64,000 bases of DNA. It comes from the human T2T-CHM13v2.0 reference genome, Homo sapiens. The notes beneath the pieces were generated by a model that did not search any database, was not told the DNA's origin, and saw only the letters and a list, made by a program, of their open reading frames with translations. Made by a program: the position numbers and the translations under genes. The stretch lies in the NCBI RefSeq assembly GCF_009914755.1, contig NC_060935.1; one strand, 5' to 3'. How positions within the stretch are numbered: the first letter of the stretch is position 1; the number at the start of each line of letters is the position of its first letter. Below are positions 54,052-64,000 of this stretch, piece by piece.

Positions 54052-54632
54052 TGTATGGGGATTAGAAAGAACTCAAGACACTCCTGCTTGATACAGAACA
54101 AAAAGAGCTTAACAGGACCAACAGGGCTTAAGCCCAGACTTGACGTAACAGAAATGTGCCAATAGGTAATAGGTAATTTTTCTTTCTCTGACTTGTTTTG
54201 TTTTCTTGAAATAACACTGTTGTGTGGCTAGAAAGGAAAAGATTTAGTGTGGCTTGTATTCATGGGATACAGGACAGGGATGGGGCTATCATCTTTTCTT
54301 GAATAGGGCTAAAGAAGTATTTTAACAAAAATCTATTATGTACCTAATATTGTGCCTAATAATATTTAGCACCACAACTCAAAAAACATTTAGCACTTGA
54401 AAAAAGGAGACTCACCTCTGGCTCTTTGCCACTGTCAGAATCTGAATCTCACTGGCCCTGTGGAGTAGGGATCCTATCTGGAGAAGTGGGAGCATGGGCT
54501 GCAGTCAGGACTGCTGCAGACTGAGCCATGTGATGGTACGTAATGAGTTCCCCTGAGGGAATGAAACACCCTCACCCCTTCAAAGTCACCCCTTTGGAAT
54601 TCAACACAGACACACATATCCCTTCAAAAACT

Positions 54633-54638
54633 TTTATT
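54633..54638 (-). terminator. KBTBD4 polyadenylation signal AATAAA
   Basis: TTTATT on + about 715 nt past the KBTBD4 stop, followed on the minus strand by a GU-rich tract (TGTGTGTCTGTGTTG). Confidence 0.7.
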
Positions 54639-54781
54639 TGTATCAACAGTTCCTAGCTCTTGACTTAGCTTAGAGCTTTTAAAAGAGCAGACACCTTATA
54701 TATTTGAGATTGAAAAAGTTTCTGCTATTAATCAGAAATAATCATTTCTATTTTCTGGCTTACCCCTTGGAATAAGCCAAA

Positions 54782-54787
54782 AATAAA
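54782..54787 (+). terminator. Candidate PTPMT1 polyadenylation signal AATAAA
   Basis: Canonical hexamer on the + strand about 730 nt after the PTPMT1 stop. Actual usage cannot be shown from sequence. Confidence 0.45.
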
Positions 54788-55351
54788 ACCAAAGTTACAT
54801 TTCCTGACAGATGGCTAAGAAAACAATAGAAGGAACATCCTGAATTCTAGAGTTGACTCTTGCTGGTGAAGTACACCTTCAGCTTAGTCCATTCTCCTAA
54901 GTAAAGCCTGAAGGAAAACTCTTAACACCTAATTCTTTGTGGAAAAATGATCAACTAGCCATTTCACAGGCTATAGAACAAAAGTACAATTGGGCATCTT
55001 TCCTTATGTCCTGGGATCAGGGGTGCTTACATTTAACATTGATCAGGTAAAGAGGAGAGGCTGTGCCTAAGGTCTGAGAAAAGGCTTGCTCTAAGCAAGC
55101 TGTGGTGAGGCACAGGATGACTAGGGAATGGCAGAGAACAGGCTGGCCTACTGTCAGTTCAAGCAACCAGCTGAGCAGCAGCAGTCTAAAAAGCCCCAAA
55201 CAGAACACCTCCATGGATTCAGGGAAGGGCTGAGGCACTGCCTTTCTAGTATGTGCCAAAAAAAACATAACTCTGAATTGGGGCCCAGGGGACTTTGAGT
55301 TTGTATGGGGAGGGAAAAGGAGTGAGCAGTTCTCCTCCCCTCCCCACAGCC

Positions 55352-56212
55352 TTAGGCCAACACAAACTGCAAATTGGTAAGCAGCACCTTAATACCTCTT
55401 GTGACAGTTACGGCTGAAGTGGCAGGGTCAAGCTTGTAGGTGTTGGCATCCCCCTTTTTATATCGGTCCCGGAAGACATAGATGCTCCCGTTACAGCTGG
55501 CAATCTTCCAGAGGGATGGGGCAGAGCTCCAGGCCTCAGGAAGGCAAAGCCGGGTGAAGCTGTCTAGCAAGGGATTGTAGCACACCAGGGAGTCCCCTTC
55601 AGCCACGATGAACACCAGATCTTTATGCACAGCTGCGTGCATGCGGCCTGCAAAGGGCAGCACATAGGGCTTCACATGGCATTTGTCTGTCTCTGTGTCA
55701 AAGCACTGGATGAGTCGGGAAGGTTTGGTAAAGAAGTCCAGATCATTCTCCTCCCCCCCTAGTAAGTAGATGATCCCGTTGAGGTTGGCACCAGCAGCCC
55801 CTGACACAGCCACCTCTAGCTGAGTTGTCTCTGTCCACACATTATCACCTACGCGATAATAAATGACTGCGTTGGAGAGGGTATCTTGCAGTGTCTTGCC
55901 ACCCAGTGAATATATGGCATCTTTCCCGGGCACAGACACCAGGGTGTGCTGGAGCCGGTCCCGAGGCAAAGGAGCACACCACTCCCAGTCAACGGTGGCA
56001 TTGTTGCACTTCCACATGCGCCGTGGGATGGACCCTCCCACCACATACAAGTCTCCACCATGCTTGCAGGCCGCAGTGATCTGGTGGCACAAACTGTTTT
56101 GGCCACTTACACTGATGGAGTCATCTTCTGCACAGTGCAAGGACACAGCCAACGAGTGGGTACGAGATGACTCTTTCCCAATCAGGTAAATGTGCACATT
56201 CTCCCCAATTTC
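55352..56212 (-). CDS. KBTBD4: KBTBD4 last coding exon (EIGENVHIYLIG...LQFVLA*), Kelch-repeat domain
   Basis: Acceptor caatag|GAA at 56212, 861 nt including TAA. Kelch GG motifs YVVGG, YSLGG and YLLGG are present. Confidence 0.97.
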   Translation of the reverse strand, partial: EIGENVHIYLIGKESSRTHSLAVSLHCAEDDSISVSGQNSLCHQITAACKHGGDLYVVGGSIPRRMWKCNNATVDWEWCAPLPRDRLQHTLVSVPGKDAIYSLGGKTLQDTLSNAVIYYRVGDNVWTETTQLEVAVSGAAGANLNGIIYLLGGEENDLDFFTKPSRLIQCFDTETDKCHVKPYVLPFAGRMHAAVHKDLVFIVAEGDSLVCYNPLLDSFTRLCLPEAWSSAPSLWKIASCNGSIYVFRDRYKKGDANTYKLDPATSAVTVTRGIKVLLTNLQFVLA

Positions 56213-56590
56213 CTATTGGCAAAATTAAAATTATATGACAGCTGTTAAATTCTAGGCTAAGGCTCAGCTAAGACACATATCCTTAAGATCCTGGCCCTCA
56301 CACTTGTTCCTAGCTTTATCATACTACTCTCTAATTACTGTATGGCATCCAACTCTCCTCTAGTCACTTTCTTTGAGGCAATTTATGCCGGGCGGAGAAT
56401 CTGTTGTATTCATCCTTGTAGCTTTTAAAAAACTCTCATAAGCTAGTGCTTCAGACAAAGGGTGATTAAGATTGTTAACTTGATGACAGTAGTTCTCAAG
56501 GAACTTTGAAAGCTCATAGATTGGTGGTACTGGGGTTACAAAGACATCCTTCTCCCCAGCTCATATCAACTTCAAGCCAGAGATAACTTA

Positions 56591-57283
<693 letters not shown>

Positions 57284-57416
57284 CTAGCCTGGGCAACAAG
57301 AGCGAAACTCCATCTCTCTCTCTCACACACAGACACACAAAGAGGCCAGGTTAGGCCAGGCACAGTGGCTCACACCTGTAATCCCAGCATTTTGGGAGGC
57401 AGAGGCAGGCAGACTA

Positions 57417-57707
<291 letters not shown>

Positions 57708-57710
57708 TCA

Positions 57711-57995
<285 letters not shown>

Positions 57996-58013
57996 TTAAG
58001 AGATTTGCCTTAC

Positions 58014-58120
58014 CTTCAAGCTTGTCCTGAGTGACTCTGCAAAAGCCTCTCTTTCCTCTTTATTAAAGTTGATCCAGGCTTCTATTGCCTCTGTTGGGTT
58101 CTGAGAACACGGAACTCCAT
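58014..58120 (-). CDS. KBTBD4: KBTBD4 exon 3 (DGVPCSQNPTE...RTSLK)
   Basis: Acceptor ctcacag|AT, donor AAG|GTAAGG. The 107 nt convert phase 1 to phase 0. Confidence 0.96.
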
Positions 58121-58441
58121 CTGTGAGAGCCAGAGGAAAGGCATGGTCAATGACAATCCGAAAGAGAAATTCAGAGTAAGGGACTTTAAAGATGTGAACC
58201 ACTTTATTAGACTACTGCTGGGCATGTGTATATGTGTACATGCATACATACACATATACATGAAATTAACCTAAAATTGCTTTTTTTTTTTTTTTTGAGG
58301 CAGGGTCTCACCCTGTCGCTCAGGCAGAAGTGCAATGGCGCAATCACCATCACCATAGCCTCAACCTCCTGGGCTCAAGCAATCCTGTTTCAGCCTCCCA
58401 AGTAGCTGGGACTACAGGTGTGCACCACCACGCCTGGCTAA

Positions 58442-58803
<362 letters not shown>

Positions 58804-58889
58804 TGATCTGCCCACCTCGGCCTCCCAAAGTGCTGGGATTACAGGCGTGAGCCACTGCGCCTGGCCCGTACCTTGCTCTTTTTTAAAGA

Positions 58890-59009
58890 TAGTCTCATGT
58901 GTTACATGAGCCCTCAAAAAGTTGGGTAAAGACTCATAACCGTTCCTCTCCATGGAAATCTTTAGTAAAAGGTAAAAGATTTATACAATCTGAAGAGAAA
59001 CCAGAGTAT
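58890..59009 (-). pseudogene. RNU5E-10P: U5 snRNA retropseudogene in KBTBD4 intron 2
   Basis: The reverse complement is ATACTCTGGTTTCTCTTCAGATTGTATAAATCTTTTACCTTTTACTAAAGATTTCCATGGAGAGGAAC..., with a mutated loop 1 and Sm site and flanking direct repeats. The symbol is recalled and less certain. Confidence 0.9.
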
Positions 59010-59832
59010 GTGCCTTGCTTTTTTAAAATCAAAATGGATGACTCGATATTTTCCCATGTGCCATGGAAGCAACCTACTAAGCTACAGAGCTCACACCATT
59101 TTTTTTTTTTTTTTTTGAGATGGAATCTTGCTCTGTCGCCCAGGCTGGAGTGCGGTGGCGTGATCTTGGCTCACTGCAACCTCTGCCTCCGGGTTCAAGT
59201 GATTCTCCTGCCTCAGCCTTCCCAAGTAGCTGAGACTACAGGTGCAAGCCACCATGCCCAGCTAATTTTTGTATTTTTTGTGGAGACGGGATTTCGCCAT
59301 GTTGGCCAGGGTGGTCTTGAACTCCTGACCTCAGGTGATCCACCCACCTCGGCCTCCCAAAGTGTTGGGATTACAGGTGTGAGCCACCATGCCTGGCCAA
59401 CCTCACACCTTAAGTATGGCTATATCTCACTTGCAAGGTTAGGATTGTTTCCTAACGTTGGCCCATCACTAAAAAAGTTTTTAGTCTTAGATATCTTGCC
59501 CCATCACCAATTTACATAGGTAATTAGACCCACTGGGACATACGAAGTACAGGATAAATTAGAGTATAATACAAATCACTCCTCACTACTCTGTGTGGTT
59601 AAATGTTGTGCTTTAATTTTCCTGACTTCTTCCTCTAACGCACTGTGTCTCTGACAGCAATTACACTGAATCTCACCTCAATCTTTCTCAGCAGGTTATC
59701 TCAGTAAGAATGCAGGAATAATAATGTAAACTAACACCAGGAAGCTTGAGGGTTCTTTTCTCCTAAACTAGAACATTCACTGAACATCATAGCCAAGTAA
59801 CTGGGTATGGTGTGTCCCCTCCCTAAACTTAC

Positions 59833-60450
59833 CCGAGATGATATCTGTGAGTAAGCGGTGGGGCAAGTGGAGAAATTCCTCTGTATTCTGCAGCTGGGCC
59901 AGGTGGGTCTTGGCACAGTGCTTGGCAGCCGTATAGAGCTCAGGATCACTGTGCCGATCTGCCAGCCACATCACCTGAAGGCAGTTTCCCACTTGCACTG
60001 TGCGGGCCAAAAACCGAGAGCATTCCTCAAAGAGAGATGTCAGCTGATACATGTCTGACACCTCATAAATTTCCTGCAACTCCTCAGCTCGAAGTTTCAC
60101 AGTCCCATGGTAGATATAATCAACCAGGAGCTGGAAAACAGACTCGCTGACATCCTGCAGCACAATCACCCGGTTGTGGGCCTCCTTCAGGCTGGAAGTG
60201 AACATGGATCGGAAGAAGCAGCTCTGAGCTGAGAGGACCAGCCGATGGAGCTGAAACTCCCGGCCTTCCACCGAAATGGTGACATCAGCAAAGAGCTCCT
60301 CCTCTAGACACAGTTTCATGATGCCTTGAGCCACACGGCCTGAATGTGACCGATCTTTGAAAGTGTAGTTCACAAAGTAGTTCTCATCCATGGATGCTCC
60401 AGGCTCCTCTGGTGATTCCATGCTAGCCAACTTCTCTCTCTGCCAGCTGT
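59833..60450 (-). CDS. KBTBD4: KBTBD4 exon 2, BTB/BACK domains; internal ATG at 60421 (MESPEE) gives a 518-aa form
   Basis: Acceptor ttgcag|AC, donor TCGG|GTAAGT. BTB motif FADVTISVEGREFQLHRLVLSAQSCFFRSMF. Confidence 0.97.
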
Positions 60451-61354
60451 CTGCAAAGCAACACCATCTTGAGTAACCTGAGGAATTCACAGCCATAGTC
60501 TGTGAATCCAACTGTCCAACTCAGGGAGGGAAAAGGAAGAAGTGAGAGCAAAGTGGGTCCAGATTGGCCTTAGTCCTGGCCCTGTCCATGATGTCCCTGA
60601 CGCTATCCTTTAACCAAATCTGGGTTCGTTATCCCCAGTGGCGCCCCTCCGCTAATGATATAAATAAAAGTTCCAACTCTGGGTGTTTTCCTGAGAAAAC
60701 ACGGAATAATTCCTTTCCATAATGTTAACAAAAGACTTGGGATTTAGGTCAATATATGAAAGCAAAGGGCTGGGAGAGGCCTGTGATCGTAAAAGCCTTA
60801 CTAACCAAATAACTGGGGCATAAAACTAGTGAAGCTCAGGGGCAGTAGAATCAGACAAAAAGGACCCCTGGCCCCGGCCTAGTGGCCAGGTCCTCTCCTT
60901 CCCAGCGCATGGAGTTAAGACGCTCCATATGAAGCCTAGCCTGGGATATCCGTGGGTCTTACATTTGCTCTCTTCTGAGCTGCTTCCCCCACACTTCCCC
61001 GCTCGCTCGAAAGACTCCCTATGGCTGCGTCCCAGAACTTGAGTCCATCCGCCCCCAGGCCGGGGCACTGGGAGGCCCATCACCCTGTGCAATGTCCCCG
61101 CTCCACCTTGAGTCGTCTTGGAAACGGTCGCCAGGGAAACCGTTCTTCCCGCTCAGGCCCGCCCGCCCTCGTCAAAAGCTTGGCTCAGAGAGCGGGGGAG
61201 GGGTGTGTAGCGTAGAACCCAGAACGCCCGCCCCCTCCCCTCCTCTCACCCGCCTGGTTCTTCAGCGTCCTCGCCTTCTCTCTAGGCTCTGCCACAAGGA
61301 GCTAGGACCACGCTCACCTCACGATTTCCCTACCTGCCTGTCTCGCTTTCTCAC

Positions 61355-61373
61355 CTGCGTTCCCTCCTTTCAT
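61355..61373 (-). CDS. KBTBD4: KBTBD4 coding part of exon 1 (MKGGNA-D), 534-aa isoform
   Basis: ATGAAAGGAGGGAACGCAG|GTGAGA. These 19 nt join exon 2 in frame and add 16 aa before MESPEE. Confidence 0.88.
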
Positions 61374-61513
61374 CCCGGAGCCCGGAACCTCCGCTTCCGG
61401 CTCCACGTCCGCCCGGAAGAAGATCTGCTGCACACTTCCGTTTCCGGTCCGTGCCCTTGGGGCTCCGTGTCCTGCTGTCTTTCCGTCCGCTGCCTAGTCT
61501 GCATCTGAGTAAC

Positions 61514-61580
61514 ATGGCGGCGGCGGCGGTAGCCAGGCTGTGGTGGCGCGGGATCTTGGGGGCCTCGGCGCTGACCAGGG
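61514..61580 (+). CDS. NDUFS3: NDUFS3 coding exon 1 (mitochondrial presequence [23 protein letters not shown])
   Basis: ATG at 61514, 67 nt, donor GGG|GTGAGC. Confidence 0.96.
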
Positions 61581-61602
61581 GTGAGCACGGGCAGCCAGCT
61601 GA

Positions 61603-61824
<222 letters not shown>

Positions 61825-62034
61825 TAGGATGCCCTTCCCTACGTCCTCCTGGCAAATCTTGGAGATCTGACTTGCAGTGGTCTTCACCCTGCATGCAGAA
61901 TCGAGCCCTCCCTGTGCCCTTAGGCCTGTTATGGCCCTGATTGTTCCTTGTCCATTTCAATCATCCCCTTTTTGTCTGATTAAACTGTCAGCTCTTTGAA
62001 AGCAAGCAATATAACCTTTAGGCCTCAGAGCCCT

Positions 62035-62270
62035 GTAATAATAGTACCTAGCGTTAATTGAGTGCTTAATGTGTGCCTGGAACCTCGCTAAGCGTTTTAG
62101 TGAATGATCTTATTTCGTCCTCACAACAGCCTTATGGGGTAGATAGCATCTTACTCTTCTTACTATAGATCAGGAAACAGTCCAAAGAATTAAACTGCCC
62201 AGGGTCAAAGACCTAGTGAATGACAAAGTAGGCCTGCCTGCTGCCAGAGGCAGAAACACCTAACCATTAT
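62035..62270 (-). mobile_element. MIR SINE relic in NDUFS3 intron 2
   Basis: TTGAGTGCTTAATGTGTGCCTGG...TCCTCACAACAGCCTTATG...CTGCCCAGGGTCA matches the reverse of MIR. Confidence 0.7.
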
Positions 62271-62396
62271 TCTGTAGCTTGTGATGTGTGATTGCTCAGT
62301 GGTTTAGGGTTGCATGAATGAGTATGTACATATTATGTTACAGTCAAGATACACGGACTGGGAGTTAGGAGACCTGGCATTTCTCCTTTCCTGGGT

Positions 62397-62476
62397 TTTC
62401 TCATTGACACACACACACACACACACACACCTGGGCCTCAGTTTTCTCATTGACACACACACACACACACACACAC
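62397..62476 (+). repeat. Duplicated TTTTCTCATTGA(CA)n unit, two copies
   Basis: Read directly. Confidence 0.9.
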
Positions 62477-62909
62477 TTTTAAGGAGAGAGAGAGTCTGTG
62501 AGGGATCTTCAAGCCCTTAAGTTCTTAGCTTGAGAACCTGGTATAAACTTGCGTGCTAAGGAGCTACAGAGAGGCAAAAGTTCAGTTCCCATCCTCAAAC
62601 AGCTCTTAGTCTGACAGGAGAACTGAGACTACTGCTTTAGCAGAAATGCAGGCAATGTGAGGGAAGAACTGTGGAGTAATTTTGAGAAGAGGTGAACACC
62701 CCAGCTGCTATAGTAAGAGTCTTTCTGAGGACCGTGTAGTTAAGGTGGCACTTTCCCCAAGTTTTCATCACTGTATTCCCTAGAAGGGAAACCTTTCACA
62801 TGCACCTTTCTCAAGGTGCTTCAGGGAGTCTTTCCTGGATTTGACATCCCTTACAAGCCTAAGAGACTGCATGCAGGGCTGGCTTTTGCCTTCTCCATTT
62901 CTTTTTTAA

Positions 62910-63403
<494 letters not shown>

Positions 63404-63459
63404 TGAGAAGGTTTTGGGGGTAAGGATATTAATTTCAGTTTGTAACATACAATAGAACA

Positions 63460-64000
<541 letters not shown>

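Noticed and set aside
55849-56189. Alternative-frame and antisense ORFs over the KBTBD4 last exon
   Set aside because: Short shadow ORFs of a real coding exon with no independent support.

Overview
Primate, almost certainly human, genomic DNA that I recognise from the encoded proteins as the CELF1-PTPMT1-KBTBD4-NDUFS3 locus (chr11p11.2). Positions 1-34.8 kb are the Alu-saturated first intron of CELF1 (minus strand). Its non-coding first exon and CpG-island promoter lie at about 34.8-35.2 kb. CELF1 is inferred from locus context because no CELF1 coding exon is in the window. The window also holds complete PTPMT1 (+, 4 coding exons, 201 aa), complete KBTBD4 (-, 4 exons, 534/518 aa) and NDUFS3 coding exons 1-4 (+). 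It contains a 7SL pseudogene, a U5 snRNA pseudogene, dozens of Alus, and L1/L2/MIR relics. Nearly all other ORFs in the track are Alu or GC-rich artefacts. I see no clearly new gene or system. The most unusual signals are: (1) a non-Alu segment copied 22.6 kb between PTPMT1 intron 2 and CELF1 intron 1, with a chimeric Alu at one junction and a patchwork of templated micro-repeats; (2) two very young AluY elements inverted only 29 nt apart, stacked on the 7SL pseudogene tail; (3) a largely open alternative reading frame in PTPMT1, reachable by retaining the 109-nt intron 1; (4) a U5 retrocopy with a divergent but still paired 3' stem; (5) candidate extra CELF1 5' exons flanked by UG-rich tracts; (6) an AT-rich palindrome cluster.
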